Assembly: GCA_003702545.1 (NCBI GenBank)
Contig: REGK01000001.1
Coordinates: forward strand, 1-58,201
Direction: 5' to 3'
DNA: 58,201 nt
Source: Nitrosopumilus sp.
GTDB taxonomy: Archaea; Thermoproteota; Nitrososphaeria; Nitrososphaerales; Nitrosopumilaceae
Shown here: piece after piece, positions 39,631 to 47,700 of the stretch
Layout of the letters: the number at the start of each line of letters is the position of its first letter
Position numbering within the stretch: the first letter of the stretch is position 1
Program-made: the position numbers and the translations under genes
The notes under the pieces: model-generated
Database searches by the model: none
The model's input: the letters and a program-made list of their open reading frames with translations, nothing else
What the model was told of the DNA's origin: nothing

Positions 39631-40971
39631 CTAATTGCTTGTTTGCAAAAAAGATTCAATCTTGGGTTGACATAAAATCGAACTATGTGCTGCAGAGTCA
39701 GTTCCAATTCCATAGCTAACAGTAGAATCACCCACAAAAAACAAGCCTTCTATGCCTGGAATTTGATGAGGCATCTTTGATTTCCAGACCATCCCAGGTT
39801 CTTTTACCACAGATTCAACTAATTTCCAAGCCATAGGCCTCTCCCATAGCAAGGATGAGTTAAAGTCTGGATATATTGATGAAATTTCATCTTTCATGGA
39901 TTGGACAATTTGTTTTATTTTCTGAGAGTCATCTGCGACAGATGGATCTACAGGAGTACCAGCAATTATCAAGTGTTCACCAGGTGGGGAAACAGAAGAA
40001 GTGATGTTTGAAATGAAAAATATTCCCTTTGTCGTATAATGTTCCCCTACAGGAAAAACAACTTGCCTTGAATCAATTTTAGAATTTAGTGCAAAGTGAA
40101 CCTCAACTACAGCAGTTTTTTTATCTAAACGATTAATTTTTTCAATGAATTTCTTGTCAATTACACCATCATCAAACAATTGATTTAGTGCTATGTAAGC
40201 AGGATATGAAATTACAACACACGAGGTAGGAAAAAATGAATCATCCTCAGTCATAACCCCCGTGACTTTAGAATCAGAAATTACGATTTTTTTCACATGC
40301 TTATTTGTGTCAATTATCCCATTTTTCTCAAGGATGTAATCTGCCAAGACATTTGAAATTGAATCATAACCACCATCGTCCGGATAAGCAAATTCACTTG
40401 TTCCACCCTTGAACGGATTTGCACGAATTATGGTTCTTGCAAATTCACCTAATGAAATATGATCAGCAGTATCTGCAAAAGCTAACATGCACACAGCTTC
40501 AAAAAAGGCTTTTGTGTCATCGTCTAATTTTTTAGTTAATTCAGTAAGAGACTTGTCATCCCATTCTTCAGTTTTTTCAATAGAAGTAAATGCCATTGGG
40601 AGTAGCAATTTAAGTAGACTTAGTCGGCTTCTCATAGGAATTAAAGATAATCGTAGTAAATCACCCATTCCTTTTGGGTATTTATGAAATCCAGTATCAG
40701 AATGAAATGCAATATTGTCAACTTTTGCGAGTTTTAATCTAGATTCAATTCCAATACTTTTCAATACTTCAAAAATTGCAGATTTTTTGTAAAATGGCAT
40801 AATATGGAATCCGTTATCTAAAATGTGGTTTTTGTACATCAACGAGGCAGTTCTGCCTCCTAATTTGGAAGATTTTTCAAGAACTCTCACATGGTGGCCT
40901 TCCTTTGCAAGCAATGCGCCAGTGGTCAAGCCACCCACACCTGCACCTATTACGAAGATATCATCTGCCAT
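39631..40971 (-). CDS. FAD-dependent oxidoreductase, phytoene desaturase/amine oxidase superfamily
   Basis: IGAGVGGL, LEKSSKLGGR, DNGFH, GLFFVGDS. Confidence 0.85.
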   Translation of the reverse strand: MADDIFVIGAGVGGLTTGALLAKEGHHVRVLEKSSKLGGRTASLMYKNHILDNGFHIMPFYKKSAIFEVLKSIGIESRLKLAKVDNIAFHSDTGFHKYPKGMGDLLRLSLIPMRSRLSLLKLLLPMAFTSIEKTEEWDDKSLTELTKKLDDDTKAFFEAVCMLAFADTADHISLGEFARTIIRANPFKGGTSEFAYPDDGGYDSISNVLADYILEKNGIIDTNKHVKKIVISDSKVTGVMTEDDSFFPTSCVVISYPAYIALNQLFDDGVIDKKFIEKINRLDKKTAVVEVHFALNSKIDSRQVVFPVGEHYTTKGIFFISNITSSVSPPGEHLIIAGTPVDPSVADDSQKIKQIVQSMKDEISSIYPDFNSSLLWERPMAWKLVESVVKEPGMVWKSKMPHQIPGIEGLFFVGDSTVSYGIGTDSAAHSSILCQPKIESFLQTSN

Positions 40972-41396
40972 GATTTTTCAGCACATATTACAAATTCATC
41001 CATAGTCTTGCTCATTTTCTTGACAACAAAATTTTGCAAAAAAGGAAATAGTTTAAGGAAGTTATTGAAACGCAAGGTTACATCAATAGTAATCACAGTT
41101 CCATTATCTTTTTCATCATAAAATTCGATAAAAGAACTTCCTTTCAAAGGACCAGTCATAATATAAATTTCATGAATATTAGGATAAACAATGACATGTT
41201 TTGTTTTAATTTGAATTGTTATCCCTAAGAAATTTATTTTCTCATTAACAATTTTTCCATATTTGTTTTCTTCAAGCACATCAAGAGACTTGAAATAATT
41301 TGGCATAATGTTATGAAAATTCTCTACATCAGTACTAATTTGAAAAATGTGTGGTTGTGAAAGTTTTGAATATCTTTGAAGTGTAAACTGTTTCAT
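40950..41396 (-). CDS. SRPBCC/START-like (polyketide cyclase) protein
   Basis: IFQISTDVENFHNIMP...GPLKG...C-terminal helix pattern. Confidence 0.75.
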   Translation of the reverse strand: MKQFTLQRYSKLSQPHIFQISTDVENFHNIMPNYFKSLDVLEENKYGKIVNEKINFLGITIQIKTKHVIVYPNIHEIYIMTGPLKGSSFIEFYDEKDNGTVITIDVTLRFNNFLKLFPFLQNFVVKKMSKTMDEFVICAEKSWQMISS

Positions 41397-41755
41397 TGCG
41401 CAGCAACCATTCCTAAATAATTTGACAAATTTGTCTTTGTAATTTTAAAGTCAGGATAGTTATTCATGATTTGTTTTGCAAGTAATGTCATTGCCATTCT
41501 TACACCATTAGTTTTTTGAGGATCAGTGTTTGGATAAAGACGAATTGTTGTTTTGTTTTTCTTAGTAGAAATTTCAATTAGAAATTCTTGATGATTCTCA
41601 TCAACTACCACTGTTGGAAGTAACGCAGTAAAATTATCTTTGTCAACAAAAATAGTTTGAATTTTTATCAGTGATGAATTTCTTTGGAATATAGGTGAAA
41701 AATTTTCTGAGAAATTATTCAGATCAATTTTGCCATTAAATACAATATGAGGCAT
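41393..41755 (-). CDS. Hypothetical protein
   Basis: 120 aa; ATGA overlap with the SRPBCC gene; TATA box upstream. Confidence 0.75.
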   Translation of the reverse strand: MPHIVFNGKIDLNNFSENFSPIFQRNSSLIKIQTIFVDKDNFTALLPTVVVDENHQEFLIEISTKKNKTTIRLYPNTDPQKTNGVRMAMTLLAKQIMNNYPDFKITKTNLSNYLGMVAAQ

Positions 41756-41776
41756 GAATTTTTTATCGTTTTTCAG

Positions 41777-41880
41777 TATATAAAAAAACTAGAAAATTAT
41801 CATAGTGCCAACATATGATTAGATAATCCATTAATAGGCACAAATTAGCACTAGAATAATACATTTTTGAGATTAAAATA
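41777..41880. promoter_or_regulatory. Divergent promoter with two motif copies
   Basis: ATAGTGCCAA 41802-41811 (18 nt from the - strand TATA) and TTAGCACTAG 41845-41854 (18 nt from TTAAAATA at 41873). Confidence 0.7.
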
Positions 41881-41901
41881 CTACCAGAGCAAAAAAAGAT
41901 T

Positions 41902-42042
41902 ATGGGACAAACAAATGAATTAGAATCAACATATGCAGCAATTGCAGAAAGTAAAGAAAAATTATTTGAAATGTTATTAAAAAAACTATCAACGAGTAAA
42001 GATTTAGAAAGTACAATGGCAAGAGTAGTAGCTGTTTCATAG
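41902..42042 (+). CDS. 46-aa hypothetical helical protein
   Basis: MGQTNELESTYAAIAESKEKLFEMLLKKLSTSKDLESTMARVVAVS; lies at leaderless distance from a TATA box. Confidence 0.55.
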   Translation: MGQTNELESTYAAIAESKEKLFEMLLKKLSTSKDLESTMARVVAVS

Positions 42043-42046
42043 TAAA

Positions 42047-42277
42047 TTGTTTAAATTAAAACCATACAAGCCAAATATTTTAACTGCATTTGGAGTTATG
42101 TTTTTAATTTCTGCAGCTATAATTCCAATACAAAATTTGATAGTATGGGGACCTGATTATGTACATCATTTTTACACATCATCAGAAATTACATCTGAAA
42201 AAATATCTATCGGAGTAATTGTATTAGGGATTTCATTTATTATTTTAGGATACAAAAAGCAAGTACACATAGAGTGA
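42047..42277 (+). CDS. Small 2-TM membrane protein
   Basis: Two hydrophobic segments. Confidence 0.65.
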   Translation: MFKLKPYKPNILTAFGVMFLISAAIIPIQNLIVWGPDYVHHFYTSSEITSEKISIGVIVLGISFIILGYKKQVHIE

Positions 42278-42314
42278 TTAGCACTAGAAAAAATATTTTC
42301 TTCATCTTAAATAA
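42278..42314 (+). promoter_or_regulatory. Motif copy plus TATA box upstream of the TFB operon
   Basis: TTAGCACTAG 42278-42287; TTAAATAA at 42307, gap 19 nt. Confidence 0.72.
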
Positions 42315-42334
42315 TTTCAAAACATAGTCAATGC

Positions 42335-42487
42335 ATGAAACAAGAATTAATTCAAAAACAAAACAATGAATTAAAAATTAAAAATAATGAAATGAAAACT
42401 TCTATTAATTATAGCGATTCAAAAATTAATTTAAACGAGTATAATATCTCATGTGAAGACTTGAGTATTCTTTTGTGGAGAGTGTAA
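42335..42487 (+). CDS. 50-aa hypothetical protein preceding TFB
   Basis: MKQELIQKQNNELK...SCEDLSILLWRV; stops 1 nt before the tfb ATG. Confidence 0.45.
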   Translation: MKQELIQKQNNELKIKNNEMKTSINYSDSKINLNEYNISCEDLSILLWRV

Positions 42488-42488
42488 A

Positions 42489-43400
42489 ATGATTACAGAG
42501 CTAGTACATCAGAAAACATGTAAAAAAAACAGAGTTGTAACAGATATCAATACAGGTGAAATTGCATGTATGAATTGTGGTGCAGTATTATCTGAAAGAG
42601 TAGTAGATAGTAGACCTGAAAATTTAGGAATGTCTGGAGAAGAATATCAAGCAAATAGCAGAGTAGGAAGAAAAATTTCATTAAAAATGATAGATATGGG
42701 ATTGTCAACCATCATAGAATCTAAAGACAAAGATGCAACTGGAAAAGGGTTATCCAATGAAAACAAGAGGATGTTTTATCGCCTACGTATGTGGGATAGA
42801 AACAGTCGTTCTGCAAGCACCGTAAAGTCATTTCAAAAGGCATTTACCATGCTTGATGGAATTAGCGCAAAATTGGGACTTCCAGAACCAGTTATAGAGC
42901 AAACAGCATATCTATTTCGAAAAATTGCTGCAAAGAAGATCCTTGCAGGGAGATCAACTGCAGGAATACTTTGTGCTGCAATTTACATTACATGCAGAAT
43001 GACAAACATTCCCAGAACACTCCAGGATGTAGCAAACGCGGGAAATGTGAATAAGAAAAATATCCAAAGAACATACAGATTTCTTGCCAGAGAGTTAGAC
43101 ATTACACCTGAAATTTATAATCCAACAGAATTCGTTACAAGAATTGCAAAAGCTGTAGACATTTCTGAAAAAACAGAAAGGTTGGCATTTAAAATTCTAA
43201 ATTTATCAGCAAGGAAAGGAGTTTCAGAAAGCAAAAATCCAATGGCGATGGCAGCAGCTGCAACATATCTTGCATCAGTACGAAATAACGAAAAGATTTC
43301 ACAGTTAAAAATTTCCAAAGTATCTGGAATCAGTGCAGTTACAATTAGAGACAGAACAAAGGAAATTTTGACGAAGGTAGGAGGTGAGATAAATGGGTAG
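42489..43400 (+). CDS. tfb: Transcription initiation factor IIB paralog (divergent)
   Basis: TGEIACMNCG zinc ribbon, DMGLSTII, RLRMWD, PRTLQDVA, ISAVTIRDR. Confidence 0.93.
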   Translation: MITELVHQKTCKKNRVVTDINTGEIACMNCGAVLSERVVDSRPENLGMSGEEYQANSRVGRKISLKMIDMGLSTIIESKDKDATGKGLSNENKRMFYRLRMWDRNSRSASTVKSFQKAFTMLDGISAKLGLPEPVIEQTAYLFRKIAAKKILAGRSTAGILCAAIYITCRMTNIPRTLQDVANAGNVNKKNIQRTYRFLARELDITPEIYNPTEFVTRIAKAVDISEKTERLAFKILNLSARKGVSESKNPMAMAAAATYLASVRNNEKISQLKISKVSGISAVTIRDRTKEILTKVGGEING

Positions 43401-43575
43401 AACATGTAGAGGAATTTGTCAAATGCATGAAGCGGGACCAGCTCCAAATAAAATTAGATATGAGATTGGACAAAAAAGGTGTACATTCTGTGGAATATTC
43501 ATGTCAACTTGTGATACAAGGTGTATGTGCTGCAAAGCTGTACTAAGAACAAAAGCAAGGAGTAAGAAAAAGTAG
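43393..43575 (+). CDS. Small Cys-rich basic protein
   Basis: CRGIC...CTFC...CMCC; overlaps the tfb stop. Confidence 0.75.
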   Translation: MGRTCRGICQMHEAGPAPNKIRYEIGQKRCTFCGIFMSTCDTRCMCCKAVLRTKARSKKK

Positions 43576-44787
43576 TTATTTTTTTGCAGCGCTAACTAGA
43601 GATACAACATCCCTATCTCTTAGTTGGTAATCTATTGGCAATCTAAGATTATATCTCAGGTCCTTGCCATAAAGGAGCCCCTTTGTCAAGTCAGTGTGAA
43701 TTTCCTTTGCAAGATCACTAATTGTTGCACCATCTTTTAGGAGAATCAAGTCAGGCAGTATTCTTCCTTTCTTATCAGCAAGTTTTGTTTCATCAGCAAC
43801 AGGGTATATTGAATTCATTTTGAGTAGTTTGAATACTGCAACATTTATGGCAAATTGAACTCCAGTACGCATGTATTCACCCATGATTCCTTTTTTGATG
43901 AAATCCAAAGCCTTGATTTGTTTTTCATTTAGTTCATCAGATTTGAGTATCTCAAATTGTTCCGAACCTGGAGAGTATTTTATTAGTCCTTTTTGTTCAG
44001 CACGTCTCAAACTAAATTCACTGTCACCGCTAGCTGGAATTACAATAGAGTCATTGTAGCGTTCTCTTAATCTATCAAAATTCTTGTCTGCACCATCCAC
44101 ATCAATTTTGTTTGCAACAATCAAAGTAGGTTTTGAAATCTTTCTTAGATAAGACGCAAACTTTTTGCTATCAATCATATCAAAATCATCAAAGTTTTTT
44201 TCTTCAAGACCAGTTGCAACAATAGATTCTTTTACATGCAATTTGTTTACACCGATTCCGCGATAAAGATCAGTTACAGCATCAACAAACTCAGAACCAG
44301 AATTGATCAATTTGGATACTTTTTCACGATTTCCTTCAAGGATTTTATGATACCACATGATCAGTTCTTCTTCAATATCAGCAAAATCAGATATCGGATC
44401 ACCAGTTCCTACTTCAGTAATTTTTCCTGTAGAGTCTATTCCTCCCGAAGCATCAACAACGTGAAGTAATGCATCAGATTGTGCAGCAATAGAAAGGAAT
44501 TGATTTCCCAAGCCCTTGCCTTTCCAAGCATCTTTGATTAGTCCAGGAAGATCAATCAGTTCGATTGGGATGTATCTCCAGCCATCAACGCATTTTGAAT
44601 TGTTTGGATTGTCTTGTAGTTTAAATTCTGGATGAACACAAAGGGTAATTGCATTTGCAATTCCTGAAATAGGTGATTTTGTGGTAAATGGGTAAGAAGA
44701 AATTTCTTCAGAAGACAAAGTTGCAGAATTAAAGAAAGTTGTTTTACCAGTATTGGTCTTACCAATTAATCCAAGTTTGATTGGCAT
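43576..44787 (-). CDS. ychF: Obg-family YchF/OLA1-like GTPase with TGS domain
   Basis: GKTNTGKT, YPFTT, DLPG, GLGNQFL, NKID, C-terminal TGS. Confidence 0.9.
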   Translation of the reverse strand: MPIKLGLIGKTNTGKTTFFNSATLSSEEISSYPFTTKSPISGIANAITLCVHPEFKLQDNPNNSKCVDGWRYIPIELIDLPGLIKDAWKGKGLGNQFLSIAAQSDALLHVVDASGGIDSTGKITEVGTGDPISDFADIEEELIMWYHKILEGNREKVSKLINSGSEFVDAVTDLYRGIGVNKLHVKESIVATGLEEKNFDDFDMIDSKKFASYLRKISKPTLIVANKIDVDGADKNFDRLRERYNDSIVIPASGDSEFSLRRAEQKGLIKYSPGSEQFEILKSDELNEKQIKALDFIKKGIMGEYMRTGVQFAINVAVFKLLKMNSIYPVADETKLADKKGRILPDLILLKDGATISDLAKEIHTDLTKGLLYGKDLRYNLRLPIDYQLRDRDVVSLVSAAKK

Positions 44788-44821
44788 AGGTTAATTTTCA
44801 TCTGAGAATATTTATCTCTGC

Positions 44822-45187
44822 CTAGAAATTAGTATTAGATTTGTTTTTGATTTTTTCAAGTGATTGAGTTAGTTCCTTAATTGCCCACTCTACATCAGAT
44901 AAATCTTCATCAGAAAGAGATTCTGTCCATTTTTCTAAAATACTAGTTGCAATCTCTGATGAATTATACAACAAGTTCCAGTATGGATGGTGTTCTGCAG
45001 TAGTGTATGATAGTTCAGTGACATCATTTAGACCATTTTTTGCTCTAGCCAAAGAAGTGATTTTCTCCCCAAATATTTTTACAATATCATTTTCAAGATC
45101 TTTTTCAATTTTCAAAGGAACATTTTTTGTTTCATATTTTTTTGCCAGTTCAAGCAAATCATCATAAAAACTCTCAAAATCATCCAT
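44822..45187 (-). CDS. Hypothetical protein
   Basis: 121-aa ORF abutting the CoA-binding protein gene. Confidence 0.7.
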   Translation of the reverse strand: MDDFESFYDDLLELAKKYETKNVPLKIEKDLENDIVKIFGEKITSLARAKNGLNDVTELSYTTAEHHPYWNLLYNSSEIATSILEKWTESLSDEDLSDVEWAIKELTQSLEKIKNKSNTNF

Positions 45188-45188
45188 A

Positions 45189-45599
45189 CTAACACAGTCT
45201 CTGATGTTCTGCCAACATGCATCTGTTAAAGATAACCGTTATTCCTGCATCTCTGGCAAGTTTTTCAGCTTCAGTATTGTGGATTCCTTCTTGAAGCCAA
45301 ATTACTTTGGGTTTTTTCTTTATTGCCTCTTTAACAAATGGCAAGACATCATCAGAAGGTCTAAAGACATCTACAATATCAACATCATCATCAACATCAG
45401 ATACAGATTCGTAGCATTTTTTTCCTAAAATTTCATCAGTAGTAGGATTTACAGGAATGATATCAAATCCATTTTCAGATAGGTATCTAGGTACATAATG
45501 AGCAGCCTTTGAAGGGTTTTTTGACATTCCAATAACGGCCACTTTTTTCATAGACAAGATATCCTGAATTTGTTTATCACTATGATCGTCTTGATCCAT
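45189..45599 (-). CDS. CoA-binding protein (YccU-like)
   Basis: AVIGMS, PVNP, DIVDVFRPS, IWLQEGI, NRC. Confidence 0.92.
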   Translation of the reverse strand: MDQDDHSDKQIQDILSMKKVAVIGMSKNPSKAAHYVPRYLSENGFDIIPVNPTTDEILGKKCYESVSDVDDDVDIVDVFRPSDDVLPFVKEAIKKKPKVIWLQEGIHNTEAEKLARDAGITVIFNRCMLAEHQRLC

Positions 45600-45679
45600 A
45601 ACAAATCTGCAATCATCATGAATATAATTTTTGAAAAATTACGCAAAGAATTTTTTAGAGGGAATTAAAAACAAGTTCC

Positions 45680-46201
45680 ATGGAAGAAGAGTCAAAAGAT
45701 GTGATAGTTTTAGGGGCAATTAGACGAGGAGAAAAGAAATTTGATAAAATTCAAAGATCAACTCAGATAAAGCCTGATGAGCTTAATGATATTTTAGAGA
45801 AATTAGAAGAAAGAGGTTTCATTATTGTCGAAGAAAAGAAAGGCTGGCTAGGAAAGAAAATTGAATTAAAAGTTACTGAAAAAGGTTCTAACGAATTGGA
45901 TCAAAGGCTACATGAGATAAAAGAAAAATGGGATCAAATGCAATTATTATATCAAAAGGGAGACAAGAAGAAGCTTCAAGGATTCATGGATGACAACAGA
46001 TCATTTTTCCCAATGATGATGTTTTTTGGAGTCATGGATATCATGATGTTCAGTATGATGTTCAGTATGATAGGTGCTAGTATGGGAGACTATGTTCCTG
46101 CAGAAAGTATGCCAGAGGGTGCCGATGGTGCCATGGACGATGGTGGTATGGATGGTGGAGGCATGGACGATGGTGGATTTGACATCGACATTGGATTCTA
46201 G
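45680..46201 (+). CDS. Winged-HTH protein with a Met/Gly/Asp-rich tail
   Basis: LEKLEERGFI...VTEKG wHTH pattern; tail PMMMFFGVMDIMMFSMMFSM...GMDGGGMDDGG. Confidence 0.75.
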   Translation: MEEESKDVIVLGAIRRGEKKFDKIQRSTQIKPDELNDILEKLEERGFIIVEEKKGWLGKKIELKVTEKGSNELDQRLHEIKEKWDQMQLLYQKGDKKKLQGFMDDNRSFFPMMMFFGVMDIMMFSMMFSMIGASMGDYVPAESMPEGADGAMDDGGMDGGGMDDGGFDIDIGF

Positions 46202-46237
46202 ACTAAATTTTATACTTGGACTAAAAAGAAATTACAA

Positions 46238-47242
46238 TTGATTTACAACTCTTTTGACAATCCAGGACTAGTCAAAGTCTTAACATTTTTGCAAACGCAC
46301 AATACAGAATATCTTTCTGGACAAGATTTGAGTGATGTGTTAAGAATTAGCAGGGTTGCAGTGTGGAAGCATATCAAAAAAATTCAAGAGTTGGGATATA
46401 CAGTAGAATCAAAACAAAAACTAGGTTACAAATTAACAAAAAATTCTGATGCCTTACTACCCTGGGAGATTACATCAGGCTTGAAAACAAAAACAATTGG
46501 ACAACAAGCATTCTATTTTGATTCAACTGACTCTACACAAAATCAAGCACTGAAGATGGCAGAAGAGCCTGAAAATAATGGTGCAATAGTGGTAGCAGAA
46601 AAGCAAACAGGAGGTAGAGGAAGATCTGGAAGAAAATGGATATCTCCAAAAGGAGGAATATGGTTTTCTGTCATTTTACATCCAAGATTTGACATATCCG
46701 TAACAACACTATTTCCAATAGCATCAGCATTAGCACTTTCTATAGCATTAGAAAAGACATTCAAAATTTCTCCAGAATTAAAATGGCCAAATGACATTAC
46801 AATTAAAGGTAAAAAATTAGCAGGGATGTTAGTCGATGTGTCACTAGAATCAAATAAAATTGAGAATTTGGTATTAGGTGTAGGGATTAACTTTGATGTA
46901 GATACAAAAGAAATTGAAAAGAATCTCAAAAATACTCCAAATTTTTACGGCGTAACATCATTAAATGAACTAAAAACAAAAATCAGACCAGTTGAACTTG
47001 TGCAATCATTTTTGGCAGAGTTAGAAAAAATATACAAATTACTAGAGACAAAACAAACAAAAAAAATCATTTCAGAATGGACAAAAAGATCATCAACAAT
47101 TGGAAAGAATGTAAGATTAAACACGATTGATGGAGAAATCAAAGGGAAGGCAATTAGAATTGATGAAGACGGGGCTCTTGTTGTCTCAAAAAATAAAGAG
47201 ACAGACAGAGTAATAGCAGGAGATATTATCCATACAAAGTAA
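46238..47242 (+). CDS. birA: Bifunctional biotin ligase/repressor
   Basis: HTH SRVAVWKHI; DSTQ, QTGGRGRSGRKW, KWPND, KKLAG. Confidence 0.95.
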   Translation: MIYNSFDNPGLVKVLTFLQTHNTEYLSGQDLSDVLRISRVAVWKHIKKIQELGYTVESKQKLGYKLTKNSDALLPWEITSGLKTKTIGQQAFYFDSTDSTQNQALKMAEEPENNGAIVVAEKQTGGRGRSGRKWISPKGGIWFSVILHPRFDISVTTLFPIASALALSIALEKTFKISPELKWPNDITIKGKKLAGMLVDVSLESNKIENLVLGVGINFDVDTKEIEKNLKNTPNFYGVTSLNELKTKIRPVELVQSFLAELEKIYKLLETKQTKKIISEWTKRSSTIGKNVRLNTIDGEIKGKAIRIDEDGALVVSKNKETDRVIAGDIIHTK

Positions 47243-47605
47243 TTATTTTTTTGCAGATTTTGGTTTTCTTTTTGTGATAGTTCGTTTTGGTTTTGAGAGC
47301 AGTGAGGATTGTTCTTTTACGATTTCCTTTAGATCGTTTTGTATCTCAAATACAGTTGAAAGTAACTCCTCTAAAGCATCAGAATATTTTTGATATATAG
47401 CCAGGAGTTCAGTTTGCTTGAGATTTGCTTTCTGGAGATATTCATTAGATCTTATGAGATTTGCAGTTTCAACTAACTCAGGAATATCAGATATAGGCTC
47501 ACCCAATTGTGCCAAATCAGATTCTGTTTGTTGTATTTTTTTGCGTAGATCATAAATGACGTTACCTACTCCAACTTTTTCCAATATCAAAAGACATACT
47601 CCCAA
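47243..47605 (-). CDS. Coiled-coil hypothetical protein
   Basis: Heptad-like composition; start uncertain. Confidence 0.6.
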   Translation of the reverse strand: MGVCLLILEKVGVGNVIYDLRKKIQQTESDLAQLGEPISDIPELVETANLIRSNEYLQKANLKQTELLAIYQKYSDALEELLSTVFEIQNDLKEIVKEQSSLLSKPKRTITKRKPKSAKK

Positions 47606-47700
47606 TAAATTAAAGATTTTCTAGGTTGTAGAAAGAATAGAAATACTGTATGCGTACAAATTAGTAGAAAACAGAAATAAACCACAAGTTATTAGCAAAT

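Noticed and set aside
39631-41396. Carotenoid biosynthesis cluster
   Set aside because: No phytoene synthase or cyclase in the window; only superfamily-level similarity.
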